A stretch of 64,000 bases of DNA from an uncultured bacterium (GCA_964589175.1 CAZPRY010000016.1:5559-69558); one strand, 5' to 3'; shown: positions 10,461-20,958, counted from the first letter of the stretch. Numbers and translations are program-made. The notes: generated from the letters alone by a model not told the origin.

Positions 10461-13400
10461 TTGCAGAATCGAATCATCGATCAGGAAAAAACAATCGAAC
10501 AGTTATCTGACTTGCGCCGCCAGGTGAGCGAACTCAAAAAAGCCAATTCCGGTTATAAGCGCCGCGAAGAAATTTATCGCCGAGCCGAGGAAAAACATCT
10601 GCGCCTGAAGGCCAATATCCCGGGCATGGTCTATGAATTCGCCCTGCATGCGGACGGACATATGTCGTTTCCGTATGTCAGCGACGCTTCCCAAGACCTT
10701 TTCGGTATTGCTTCCGAAGACCTTATGCGCGATGCCAATTTAATCATCCGGCTGCAGCATCCCGATGATCGCGAGAAGTTTCAGCGCTCCGTTGAGCAAT
10801 CGGCGCAAACACTTCAATCGTTCCGCGAAGAGGTCCGCCATATTGTAAATGGCGAAGTGCGTTTCTACGACTGCATATCCCAGCCGGCCAGGATACCCGG
10901 CGGCCCTATCGTATGGGATGGAATCATGCTGGAAACCACCGCCCAAAAACGCATCGAAAACACCCTGAAAAACACTGAAAATAAATACCGGCGACTATTC
11001 GACACGATGCAGGATGCATTTGTGCGCGTCGATATGGAAGGCAGAATTATAGAATTTAATCAATCTTACAAGGATTTATTGGGCTATACCGAAGAGGAAT
11101 TGCGACGCCTGACCTACATCGATCTGACGCCTGCCCAGTGGCATGTTGTCGAGCAAGAGATTGTCGACCAGCAAATTCTTAAAAGAGACTACTCCGAAGT
11201 ATACGAAAAAGAATACCGGCGCAAAGACGGTACGGTCTTCCCGGTTGAGCTGCGTACTTTTCTGATCCGTGATGATGAAGATCAGCCAATCGGGATGTGG
11301 GCCATCGTTCGGGATATCAGCGAACGTAAAAATGCGGAAAATGCCATTCATCAGCTGGCGAAATTTCCATCGGAAAATCCGAACCCGGTGATGCGCATCA
11401 GCCACGAAGGCATCCTTAGCTATGCCAATGACGCCAGCCTCCCGCTTCTGGAATTTTTAAAGTTCCATGAAGGAGAACCCGTTGACCGCGACTGGCAGAA
11501 TATCGTTTCGGAGGTACTGAAGACAGGTGTCCGCCAGGACATCGAAGTGGATTATGACCATCTGACATTCCTTTTGACTTTTGCGGCCGTTTCCGAATCA
11601 CAACATGTCAATGTCTATGGTCTTGACATTACTGACCGGAAGAAGACCAAGCGCGATCTGCTGCGGACCCAGTTTGCAATCGACCATGCCAAGGAGGCCA
11701 TCTTCTGGCTGGACAAAAGTGGGCGCACCATATACGTCAACGATGAAGCCTGTCGCTCTCTGGGCAACACACGGGAAGAATTACTGTCAATGACCATCTT
11801 CGATTTTGATCCTGTATTTCCCCGGGAAAATTGGCCGGAGCATTGGGAAAAATCCCGCCAGCTGGGCTCTTTTACAATTGAAACACAACATCGCACCAAA
11901 GACGGGCAGATGTTTCCGGTAGAGGTAGCGATCGACTTCATGTATTACGAAGGCCAGGAGTACCATTGCTCTTATATCCGCGATATAACGGAGCGCAAAC
12001 AGGCAGAGCAAATCCTGCGGGAAACTTCGGAACTTTTAGCAAATATCATCAGCACTTCACCTTTGGCAATCGTTACCCTGGATCTGGACAGACGGATTAA
12101 ACGCTGGAATCCGGCCTTCGAAAAGATATTCGGCTGGTCGGAAGCAGAGAGCATCGGTAAAGTTCTGCCGGTCATCGCCCCGAATTCCAGCGAAGAATTC
12201 GATCGGATTTGGGAACAGATACTGGCCGGAAATTCATTTGCCGGGATAGAACTGCACGGTCTGAAGAAAGATGATACAGCAATCGATATCGGTCTCTCCA
12301 TCGCAGCTTTGAAAGATCAAGGCGGAACGATCGTAAAGACGATGGCCATTTTTACCGATATCACTGAACCGAAGGAACTCCAGAGAAAATTACGGGAATC
12401 GGAGGAACTCTATCGTTCAATTATCTCCGCCTCGCCCGACGGCATAGCCCTCATCGATCCGGATGGTAACTTGACCATGGTATCGGATACAACCCCGAAA
12501 ATGTTTGGATATAGCAAGCCCTCGGAAATGATCGGAAGGTCCTTTATGGAGTTCGTCGCTCCCGAAGACCGTGAAAAAGTCGTCCATGATATGGGGGCCC
12601 GGTTCCGGGATGAGATTGACGGAACCATCGATCTGACCATGTTCCGTTCGGACGGAACTCGCTGGAATTGCGAAGGGAATGCCACCTTAATTCGTGACAA
12701 CGACGGAAAGCCGATCACCATCGTCTTGCTGGCGCACGATATCACGCTCCATAAGCAGATGGAAGCTGCCTTACAAGATTCGGAAGAGAAATATCGCAGT
12801 CTTATTGAAAATCTTAATGACACGGTTTTTAGCATAGATCTGAAAGGCGTGGTCACTTATGTCAGCCCAATGATTGAAGCTATCATCCAATACAATCCCA
12901 CTGAAATCGTGGGACATCCGTTCCGGGAATTCGTTCATCCCGAAGATTTTGCCAAGCTCGATACGCGTTTCCGGGAAATTCTGCAAGGCGCCATGAAACC
13001 CTTCGAATACCGGTTAATCCGTAAAGACGGCCAGGTTCGCACCGTATATTCATCCAGCCGGCCGCAAATCAGGAATGAACAATTAATCGGTATCACCGGA
13101 ATCATGTCCGACATTACGGAACGGAAAAAAACCGAAGATGAAATCCGTAAGTTGTCACTTGCCGTTCAACAGAATCCCTCTCCGGTGATCATTACCGATA
13201 TCGAGGGCAATATCGAATACGTCAACAACAAACTGCTCCAGGTTACCGGCTATAGCCGGGAAGAGCTCATTGGCCAGAATCCGCGAATTCTCAAATCCGA
13301 AGAGACACTGCCCGAGGTTTACAAGGATCTTTGGAGCACCATCCTGGCCGGTAAAACCTGGCTGGGTGAACTGTACAATAAACGCAAAAACGGTGAGAAA

Positions 13401-14654
13401 ATCTGTGAAGATGTTATGATCAGCCCAATCTTCAATGAGTCGGGAAACATTACTCATTTTCTTGGATTGATCGAAGATATCACCGAAAAGAAACAGTTGG
13501 AGAGTCAACTCCGCCAATCCCAAAAGATGGAAGCCGTCGGCCATCTTGCCGGTGGTGTTGCCCACGATTTCAATAACCTCCTGACTATTATTAACGGGTA
13601 CAGCGACCTCATGATAGCCAACTTGTCCCGCAATAACACTAATTTTGAAAGAATCACCCAGATTCGACAAGCCGGCCGGCGCGCCGAAGCGCTGACCCGC
13701 CAGCTGCTGGCTTTCAGCCGCAAACAGATCATGAAGCCCCTCGTTTTGAACCCGAACCAGTTGCTGCAGGAGATGGAAAAAATGCTGCGCCGGCTCATCG
13801 GTGAGGATGTCGAATTGACCACGATTTACGATCCCTATCTATATAACGTGAAGGCCGATCCCGGACAGATGGAACAGGTCATTTTAAATTTAGTCGTGAA
13901 TTCAAGGGATGCAATCCAGGGTGGCGGTAAATTGGAAATCGTAACGACCAATATCTTCATGACTCCGGAAGACATCCGTCACCATGCCGGAATGGAGACC
14001 GGTGATTACGCTCGAATCAGCGTCAGCGACAACGGGACCGGTATGGATAGTGAGACTCTGTTGCACATCTTCGAGCCTTTCTTTACGACAAAATCCAAAA
14101 ACAAAGGCACCGGATTGGGACTCTCAACTGTCTACGGAATCATTAAACAAAGCGGCGGTTTTATCTATGTGGACAGCAAACCGGGTGAGGGCACAACTTT
14201 CGATATTTACCTGAAAGCAATCAAGCGGGAAAAGCGCAATGTCATAGGAGACGAACTCGATTTTAATTCGGATTTCGTTGGCAGCGAAACCATCATGCTC
14301 GTCGAAGACGAGGAATCCGTCCGGGATTTTGTGGCCGTCGTGCTCGAACAATATGGCTATACCGTCCTTGAAGCCTCCCATCCTGAGGAAGCTCTGGGAT
14401 ATCTGAAATCCTATAACGGACGCATCGATCTGTTATTGACCGATATCGTAATGCCCGGAATGAACGGCAAGGAACTCGCCGATCAAATCCAACAAATTCT
14501 CCCCGATCTGCAGGTTATCTTTATGTCCGGCTATACGGACAACTCGGTACTTAACAGCGGCGGCGTGCTGGGCCCAAACATTTCCTTTCTGCAGAAGCCA
14601 TTCTCACCGGCGGACCTGGTAAGAATGATACGGAAGCTTTTAGGAGGCAATTAA
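10461..14654 (+). CDS. Cytoplasmic hybrid sensor histidine kinase (about 8 PAS/PAC domains, HisKA, HATPase, receiver)
   Basis: Repeated DITERK-type PAC ends, AGGVAHDFNN H-box, FEPFFTTK and GTGLGL boxes, C-terminal receiver (LVEDE, TDIVMPGMNG, KPF). TTG start after GAGG. Confidence 0.93.
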   Translation: MQNRIIDQEKTIEQLSDLRRQVSELKKANSGYKRREEIYRRAEEKHLRLKANIPGMVYEFALHADGHMSFPYVSDASQDLFGIASEDLMRDANLIIRLQHPDDREKFQRSVEQSAQTLQSFREEVRHIVNGEVRFYDCISQPARIPGGPIVWDGIMLETTAQKRIENTLKNTENKYRRLFDTMQDAFVRVDMEGRIIEFNQSYKDLLGYTEEELRRLTYIDLTPAQWHVVEQEIVDQQILKRDYSEVYEKEYRRKDGTVFPVELRTFLIRDDEDQPIGMWAIVRDISERKNAENAIHQLAKFPSENPNPVMRISHEGILSYANDASLPLLEFLKFHEGEPVDRDWQNIVSEVLKTGVRQDIEVDYDHLTFLLTFAAVSESQHVNVYGLDITDRKKTKRDLLRTQFAIDHAKEAIFWLDKSGRTIYVNDEACRSLGNTREELLSMTIFDFDPVFPRENWPEHWEKSRQLGSFTIETQHRTKDGQMFPVEVAIDFMYYEGQEYHCSYIRDITERKQAEQILRETSELLANIISTSPLAIVTLDLDRRIKRWNPAFEKIFGWSEAESIGKVLPVIAPNSSEEFDRIWEQILAGNSFAGIELHGLKKDDTAIDIGLSIAALKDQGGTIVKTMAIFTDITEPKELQRKLRESEELYRSIISASPDGIALIDPDGNLTMVSDTTPKMFGYSKPSEMIGRSFMEFVAPEDREKVVHDMGARFRDEIDGTIDLTMFRSDGTRWNCEGNATLIRDNDGKPITIVLLAHDITLHKQMEAALQDSEEKYRSLIENLNDTVFSIDLKGVVTYVSPMIEAIIQYNPTEIVGHPFREFVHPEDFAKLDTRFREILQGAMKPFEYRLIRKDGQVRTVYSSSRPQIRNEQLIGITGIMSDITERKKTEDEIRKLSLAVQQNPSPVIITDIEGNIEYVNNKLLQVTGYSREELIGQNPRILKSEETLPEVYKDLWSTILAGKTWLGELYNKRKNGEKICEDVMISPIFNESGNITHFLGLIEDITEKKQLESQLRQSQKMEAVGHLAGGVAHDFNNLLTIINGYSDLMIANLSRNNTNFERITQIRQAGRRAEALTRQLLAFSRKQIMKPLVLNPNQLLQEMEKMLRRLIGEDVELTTIYDPYLYNVKADPGQMEQVILNLVVNSRDAIQGGGKLEIVTTNIFMTPEDIRHHAGMETGDYARISVSDNGTGMDSETLLHIFEPFFTTKSKNKGTGLGLSTVYGIIKQSGGFIYVDSKPGEGTTFDIYLKAIKREKRNVIGDELDFNSDFVGSETIMLVEDEESVRDFVAVVLEQYGYTVLEASHPEEALGYLKSYNGRIDLLLTDIVMPGMNGKELADQIQQILPDLQVIFMSGYTDNSVLNSGGVLGPNISFLQKPFSPADLVRMIRKLLGGN

Positions 14655-14891
14655 TTCAGAATTGAATCCCGCTCCGATGAACGCCCGGGATGCTGGGTTT
14701 CGCCGATTTCTCCGAATTAAAATCATCCGGACTGCGACGGGTATATCCGCAGTACCATCCCGCTACCTTCACGGGAAAAAATCGTTATAGTTTCCCGCTT
14801 CCTGATTTTGTCCCCGCAGTCCCAATTCCACCAACCTTAAAATCGGATTGGCAATCGGATATTTCCTCTGAGTTGCCATTTATTGAATCAA

Positions 14892-14976
14892 TGTTCGCCT
14901 GCGTACAGCTGCTGTATCGCAGGCGTATATATCGCTCATCCCTCACCGAGGGGCAAAGCTCTGGCACAGTAATTGA
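14892..14976 (+). promoter_or_regulatory. Sigma-54-type promoter with two upstream palindromic activator sites
   Basis: TGTTCG-CCTG-CGTACA (14892) and TGTATCG-CAGG-CGTATA (14913), then TGGCAC-AGTAA-TTGA (14962; non-canonical -12). Same layout at 25261-25355. Confidence 0.6.
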
Positions 14977-15031
14977 CCTTATTATCGTGTAAAATCTGTA
15001 GATTCGGATAAACTTAAAAGTGAACCGGCAT

Positions 15032-15148
15032 ATGATTCGCATAGTTCTGAAAATCGTGTTGCTCAATCACCCTGAACGTACCGGATCTCGCTTTGATCCA
15101 CACAGCCCTCAGACAGCAAACCTGGTAAGGGCTTTGTGCTATGAATAG
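15032..15148 (+). pseudogene. Collapsed ABC-permease mini-gene (38 aa)
   Basis: MIRIVLKIVLLNH...TANLVRALCYE*: degenerate permease N-terminus joined to a degenerate permease C-terminus. Confidence 0.6.
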
Positions 15149-15192
15149 ACTTCCGGTGACGCATAACAATCGGTATTGCTGACGGAGAAAAA

Positions 15193-17622
15193 ATGTTCAA
15201 AAACTATTTCCTGCTCACCCTTCGCAACCTGAAAAAGCATTCTTTCTTTTCGATGATCAACATCGCCAGCCTGGCGATCGGAATGGCGGCTTTTATTCTG
15301 ATCATTTTCTACATTCAATTTGAATGCAGCTACGATCGATTTCACCAAAAGGCCGATTCCATTTACAGGGTGGAAAGTCGCTTCCTCATCGGCGACGAAA
15401 CGAAAATGCAATACGCCACTGTCTCCAACGGATACATGCCGGCCATGAAGGCGGAATTGCCCGAAATCGAGGATTATGCCCGCGTCTGGCTCTGGGACCT
15501 CGAGAAGGTTGTCCAATTTGAGGACCAAAAATTCAAAGAGCCCAACGTCTATTTCGTCGATCCGTCGTTTCTGACAATTTTCTCGTTTGCGATGATCGAG
15601 GGCGATCCCGAGACCGCACTGACGGAACCGAACAGCGTCGTGATCACCCGGTCTGCGGCGCGTAAGTATTTCGGTGCCGCCGATCCGCTCGGCCAGATGA
15701 TTAAGATCAGCACCCCGGAAGGGCATGACCTGTGTACGGTTACAGGAGTTCTGGAGGATCCACCGCGCAACTCACATCTGCAATTCAATTTCCTGATTTC
15801 CTGGAAAACAATGCTGGCCCGCAAACCGTATCAGGAGAATTTTTGGTACCAGCACTCAGCCTATGGCTTTGTTCTCCTTAAACAGGACGCTAATCCACAC
15901 GACATCGAAATGAAATTCCCGGCGATTTCAAAAGAGCACAAGACCCGCAATGATCTGAAAGAATATACCTGGGGCGTCGAACTGATACCTTTGCGCAACA
16001 TTCATCTGAAACCGCTGTTATCCTGTGAACGGGAAATCAAGGGCAGCCGGATCGGCGTTTACGCGCTGCTGGCCGCCGGTATATTCGTACTCCTGATCGC
16101 CTGGATCAATTTCGTAAATTTGACCACCGCCAAGTCGATCGAGCGTGCCCGCGAAGTCGGCATTCGCAAGGTCATCGGCGCCAACCGGCGGCAGTTGATG
16201 AAACAATTCATTTTCGAATCCGTCGTCATTAATCTGCTCGCCTTGATCCTGGCCGTCGGTATTTTCGAACTGGCCCGCCCTTCCTTCAGCAATATCTCGG
16301 GTATACCGAATCCGGGCTATCTGCTCTCCCCCGAATTGTTCCTGCTTTTGTCCGGTATCTTCTTGCTGGGAGTTTTGCTTTCCGGACTCTACCCGGCGAT
16401 GCTGTTATCCTCCCATCGACCGATTAACGTCTTGACTGGAAAGTTTGGATCTGTTTCACAAAACATCTCTCTCCGGAAAAGCCTGGTAATTTTTCAATTT
16501 ACGGCAATGATCATTCTGCTGTCTGTCGTATTCATTTTCTATCGCCAGATCCGCTATATGCATAGCCAGAATCTGGGTATTGAGACCGAGCAAATCCTTG
16601 TTCTCAAGACGCCGGTCGATACCGATCATAGCAGCGAAAATATCGAAGCATTTCGCAGCGAAGCACTCTCTCATCCATCCATTCTGAATGTCAGCGGTTC
16701 GAGCTCGGTACCGGGTAAAGAGGTCGGAATGCACCTTGCCAATCGGCTCTACTCCGAAGAACCCGAACACAACAAACTCTATGAAATGCTGCGAACCGAT
16801 CAACATTTTATCGACACTTACGAATTAAAGCTGAAATACGGACGGGGATTTTCGGAAAAATATCCGACCGATAACGATGCCCTGGTCATAAATGAAAGTG
16901 CGGCCAGGTACCTGGGGTTTGCAGATCCGAAAGAGGCTCTGAACCAGGAAATCCATCTGGAAGTCTCCCGGAAAGCGTTTACCGTGATTGGCATTATCGA
17001 GGATTATCACCATCAATCCCTCAAAGAAGATTTTACCCCGGTAATGCTCTTCATCGCGGGCGAATACGGGTGGATCCAGAAGCAGTATTACTCCCTCAAA
17101 TTCAAACCGCAGCAGGCTGGTGAAGTCATCGCATTCGTCAGGGATATCTGGGCCAGAACTTTTCCTAACAGTGCTTTCGATTATTTTATCCTCGACGATT
17201 TTTACAATGCCCAGTATCAAGCCGATATTCGCTTCGAAAAAGTACTCACGCTCTTCACCGGATTGGCTATTTTTATCGCCCTGCTGGGTCTTTTCGGTTT
17301 GATCGTTTTGGCCTCGGAACAACGCATCAAGGAAATCGGAATCCGCAAAATCCTCGGCGCCACAACTGCTAATCTGACTTTATTGTTCGCGCGGGAATAT
17401 TCGATCTCCATTCTATTATCCGGGTTTATCGCACTGCCCCTGTCCGGGTTGATCTCACACAGAATATTGACCGACTTCGCCTTCCGAATCGACCTGAATC
17501 ATTATATCTGGGTTTTTCCGTCGGCAGCGATAATCGCGCTGATGATCGCCCTCCTGACCATTACGATCCAGGTAATTCGGGTGTCCGGAATCAATCCGGC
17601 GAAATCTTTAAGACACGAGTAG
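15193..17622 (+). CDS. ABC transporter permease (MacB_PCD + FtsX, duplicated)
   Basis: MFKNYFLLTLRNL start, SYDRFH, RAREVGIRKVIGA, RIKEIGIRKILGA, NPAKSLRHE end. Confidence 0.93.
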   Translation: MFKNYFLLTLRNLKKHSFFSMINIASLAIGMAAFILIIFYIQFECSYDRFHQKADSIYRVESRFLIGDETKMQYATVSNGYMPAMKAELPEIEDYARVWLWDLEKVVQFEDQKFKEPNVYFVDPSFLTIFSFAMIEGDPETALTEPNSVVITRSAARKYFGAADPLGQMIKISTPEGHDLCTVTGVLEDPPRNSHLQFNFLISWKTMLARKPYQENFWYQHSAYGFVLLKQDANPHDIEMKFPAISKEHKTRNDLKEYTWGVELIPLRNIHLKPLLSCEREIKGSRIGVYALLAAGIFVLLIAWINFVNLTTAKSIERAREVGIRKVIGANRRQLMKQFIFESVVINLLALILAVGIFELARPSFSNISGIPNPGYLLSPELFLLLSGIFLLGVLLSGLYPAMLLSSHRPINVLTGKFGSVSQNISLRKSLVIFQFTAMIILLSVVFIFYRQIRYMHSQNLGIETEQILVLKTPVDTDHSSENIEAFRSEALSHPSILNVSGSSSVPGKEVGMHLANRLYSEEPEHNKLYEMLRTDQHFIDTYELKLKYGRGFSEKYPTDNDALVINESAARYLGFADPKEALNQEIHLEVSRKAFTVIGIIEDYHHQSLKEDFTPVMLFIAGEYGWIQKQYYSLKFKPQQAGEVIAFVRDIWARTFPNSAFDYFILDDFYNAQYQADIRFEKVLTLFTGLAIFIALLGLFGLIVLASEQRIKEIGIRKILGATTANLTLLFAREYSISILLSGFIALPLSGLISHRILTDFAFRIDLNHYIWVFPSAAIIALMIALLTITIQVIRVSGINPAKSLRHE

Positions 17623-17668
17623 TTGACATCAAAACCGATGAAGCGAAGAATTACTAAAGGGTAACACT

Positions 17669-17725
17669 GTGGTTAAAGAATACCTGAAAATCGCCAACCC
17701 GGTCGAAGCTTTGCGCTATGAATAA
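17669..17725 (+). pseudogene. Collapsed ABC-permease mini-gene (18 aa)
   Basis: GTG start after AAAGGG; reads MVKEYLKIA/NPVEALRYE*, the first 9 and last 9-10 residues of a permease fused in frame. Confidence 0.8.
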
Positions 17726-17744
17726 TAAGTGAAGAGGGAACGGA

Positions 17745-20081
17745 ATGTTTAGACACCACCTGGTATTGGCTTTTCGCAATCTGAATAAATACCGCGGGTA
17801 TTCCTTTATCAATATATTCGGACTGGCGATCGGCATGACCTGCACCATCCTGATCCTGATGTGGATTCAGGATGAAATGAGTTATGACCGCTTTCATGAA
17901 AACGCGAACAATATCTACCGCGTTGCCCTTGCCGACCTTACCTATCAGCCGACTCATAACTATCCGGTCACCCCGCCGGCGCTGGCTAAGGCGATGCGCG
18001 AGAGTTTTCCCGAGATTCAGGCGGCCGTCTCATATTTTCAAAAAGAGGAGATACTCGTTCGGTATAATGATAAATCCTTCAAAGAGCATATCGGTTTCGC
18101 GTCAGCGGAGATCTTCGATATTTTCACGCTGCCGCTCGTGGAAGGCAATGCGCAAACGGCTTTACAGGCTCCCTGGTCTGTTCTGCTGACGGAAGAAATG
18201 GCCGGGAAGCTGTTCGGCTCACAGAATCCGCTGGGTAACATGATTATCGTTGATAACAAATTCAATTTCACTGTCACCGGTGTGCTGAAGGATATTCCTT
18301 CAGGCAGTTATCTGAATTTCGGATTACTAACCTCCAATGATCACATCGCGGAAATCACCGGCAGAGGAAACATGGACAGCTGGAATCAGTGGGGCAACGA
18401 TACTTTCATACTTCTGGGCCAGCAGACGGATGTCGCCGGTTTCAATGCGAAAATCGCCGACTTCGCCGCGCAATCCTACACCTACGAATGGCAACCCAGT
18501 CTTTTCCTGCAGCCGCTGACGGATATTCACATCCGCGATTTGAATGGCGGCGGGATGATTACCTATATCTATATTTTTGGAATCATTGCCGGTTTTGTGC
18601 TGCTGATCGCCTGCATCAATTTTATGAATCTCGCCACCGCCCGTTCAACGCTCCGCGCTAAGGAAATCGGGCTTCGCAAAGTCGTCGGCGCCGGGAAATC
18701 CAGCCTGATCCGGCAGTTCTACGGCGAAGCATTCATCACCGTCCTGCTGGCCCTGCTGATGAGTTTGTTGCTGGTTGAACTGCTGCTGCCGGCCTTCAAC
18801 AGCCTGACCGGAAAAACATTGAGCCTGGATTTTGCGGGAAATTATCATTTGATTTTAGTGTTAATTGCGATAGCGCTCGTGACCGGTTCGATTTCCGGCA
18901 GTTACCCGGCGCTGTACCTATCTTCAATCCGCCCGATAAGCGCCCTAAAAGGCGCAAAATTATCCGGCTCCACACTTTTTCGAAAATTCCTGGTTGTCTT
19001 TCAATTTCTGCTCTCGATTACACTTATCATCGCCACAATGGTCGTTTCCGACCAGATGCGGTTCATACGGAATCGAAACCTGGGATTTAACAAAGAACAG
19101 ATCGTCTATCTCCCGCTGAACCAGGATTTGAAATCCAAATACAGCACTCTGAAAAGCGAATTATTGCAGAACTCCGGCATTTTACACGTCACGGCAAGCT
19201 CCAGTAAACTCGGTGTCCGGGCTTACGGCAGCACCGATGTGAACCAGTGGGAAGGTAATCCTGGAGAACGATCCCTGCTGATGAACATGATTTTCGCGGA
19301 CTATGATTTTACCGAAACCTTTGGCCTGTCAGTGGTTCAGGGCCGTTTCTTTTCGGAGCAATTCGCCGGCGACAGCGATGCCGTTGTCTTGAATGAAACA
19401 GCGGTTCGTGAAATGGGACTCAGCAACCCGGTTGGTACAAAAATTTATGATAAGATTCCCATCATCGGAGTTATCCGGGATTTCAATTTCCAGTCCCTGC
19501 ACACCATTGTCAAACCGCTGGCCCTGTTTATGAAGTCCGATGAATTCGATTTCATGGCGATCAAAATCGACGGCAATGATATTCCGGCAACCATTAAGGT
19601 CATTGAAACCATCACGACTCGAATCGCTCCTGATTTTCCCTTTGAATACCAGTTTCTGGACGAAGAATTCGACAATCTGTACCGTTCCGAGCTACGGCTG
19701 GGCAGGATTTTCAACTATTTTTCGATACTGGCGATTATTATCTCCTGCCTGGGCCTGTTCGGACTTGCCTCTTTTATGGTCAGCCGCCGCACCAAAGAAA
19801 TCGGCATCCGCAAGGCCATCGGCGCCTCGACGCCCAACATTATTGTCCTGACCTCTTCATCATTTATCAAGTGGGTCATGGTCGCCAACCTGCTGGCCTG
19901 GCCGATCGCCTGGTTCGCCATGCACCGCTGGCTGGAAACCTTCGCCTATCGAATTACGATTCACTGGTGGACATTCCTGCTCGCCGGTTCGCTGGCGCTG
20001 ACGATCACCATTCTGACGGTCAGTTATCAGTCCGTCAAAGCCGCCATTGCGAATCCGGTGAAAAGTCTACGCTACGAATGA
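17745..20081 (+). CDS. ABC transporter permease (MacB_PCD + FtsX, duplicated)
   Basis: SYDRFH, ACINFMNLATARS, RTKEIGIRKAIGA, NPVKSLRYE. Confidence 0.93.
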   Translation: MFRHHLVLAFRNLNKYRGYSFINIFGLAIGMTCTILILMWIQDEMSYDRFHENANNIYRVALADLTYQPTHNYPVTPPALAKAMRESFPEIQAAVSYFQKEEILVRYNDKSFKEHIGFASAEIFDIFTLPLVEGNAQTALQAPWSVLLTEEMAGKLFGSQNPLGNMIIVDNKFNFTVTGVLKDIPSGSYLNFGLLTSNDHIAEITGRGNMDSWNQWGNDTFILLGQQTDVAGFNAKIADFAAQSYTYEWQPSLFLQPLTDIHIRDLNGGGMITYIYIFGIIAGFVLLIACINFMNLATARSTLRAKEIGLRKVVGAGKSSLIRQFYGEAFITVLLALLMSLLLVELLLPAFNSLTGKTLSLDFAGNYHLILVLIAIALVTGSISGSYPALYLSSIRPISALKGAKLSGSTLFRKFLVVFQFLLSITLIIATMVVSDQMRFIRNRNLGFNKEQIVYLPLNQDLKSKYSTLKSELLQNSGILHVTASSSKLGVRAYGSTDVNQWEGNPGERSLLMNMIFADYDFTETFGLSVVQGRFFSEQFAGDSDAVVLNETAVREMGLSNPVGTKIYDKIPIIGVIRDFNFQSLHTIVKPLALFMKSDEFDFMAIKIDGNDIPATIKVIETITTRIAPDFPFEYQFLDEEFDNLYRSELRLGRIFNYFSILAIIISCLGLFGLASFMVSRRTKEIGIRKAIGASTPNIIVLTSSSFIKWVMVANLLAWPIAWFAMHRWLETFAYRITIHWWTFLLAGSLALTITILTVSYQSVKAAIANPVKSLRYE

Positions 20082-20169
20082 TTCTCAGGGTAAAGGAAAT
20101 CGCAGAAATCATCTCCGCATGAGCGCCTTCCGGGGACGGTCTTAGACTTTCACCGTTGAATCTTTAAAA

Positions 20170-20486
20170 ATCCTGTGGGGATTACAGGTCGGTAAAAACG
20201 CGACGATCCGGTTTGGTTTCGTCCCGGACGGGACGGGAGATAACCGGGCACGTCTCCCTTCTACCGACTTCACATGTCTGACGGCACAAAACAAAACCTG
20301 ATCTGCTAATGAAAACGATGAAGAATACATTATTGATCGCCCATCATAAAAACATGGCATTCACATCCCGTAGGGATGATAGGTCGGTAAAAACGCAACG
20401 ACCCGGTTTCGGTTTCGTCCCGGACGGGACGGGAGTAGCCCCGGACTGAGGATCTTCTTTACCGATCTATTAGGCCTGACGGCATA
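20170..20486. repeat. Two copies of a ~120-bp REP-like element (third, partial copy at 42170-42241)
   Basis: ATCC(T/C)GT(G/A)GGGAT..AGGTCGGTAAAAACGC.ACGA.CCGG...GTCCCGGACGGGACGGGAG...TACCGA...CTGACGGCA at 20170 and 20365. Confidence 0.75.
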
Positions 20487-20672
20487 GACGATATTCATCG
20501 AGGAGGCATCGTACTTGTGTTAAGTGATTTTGGAGAAAGCCCTGAAACCGGGGCTAATCTATCGGTAAAATCACTTGACATAAGTACTTTTCTATTTCTG
20601 CGAAAACATCAAGAGTTTTGCGGCCGCGCTCGGGAGCCAAGGAAAGGCGGAACCGGAGTCACTGCCTTAGCA

Positions 20673-20807
20673 TGCGTATGTTACGAAATTTCCATGCGCA
20701 TGAAAAAAAATTATCTAACGTCCAAAAAATATTTTCGTGCGTATGAAAATAAATTATGAAGCGTATGTTGGTGACTGATCATGCGTACGGAAATAAATTA
20801 GCTAACG
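20673..20807. repeat. Phased ~22-bp-period array of TGCGTATG-like motifs
   Basis: Cores at 20673, 20695, 20738, 20760 and 20782, with a higher-order 87-bp duplication. Confidence 0.55.
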
Positions 20808-20929
20808 CTTGTTCGAGGACTATCCACCACAGCATCAAAGACTGATGTACGCAGGATCACGCAGATTCCCGCGTATAACGGCGCGGCGGAGTCGCCCGGC
20901 GGATTTTTATCGGGGCCTTGCATTAACCC

Positions 20930-20958
20930 TTGAATAATGATTTATTTATGATTAAAAT
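20930..20958 (+). promoter_or_regulatory. Sigma-70-like promoter pointing into the cassette array (Pc-like)
   Basis: TTGAAT-N17-TAAAAT. Confidence 0.45.

Noticed and set aside
20673-20807. Possible degenerate CRISPR array
   Set aside because: Period of about 22 bp is too short and repeat-spacer alternation is absent.
20873-20915. attC-like start GTATAAC-GGCGCGG upstream of the array
   Set aside because: No complementary arm or GTTRRRY at a suitable distance.
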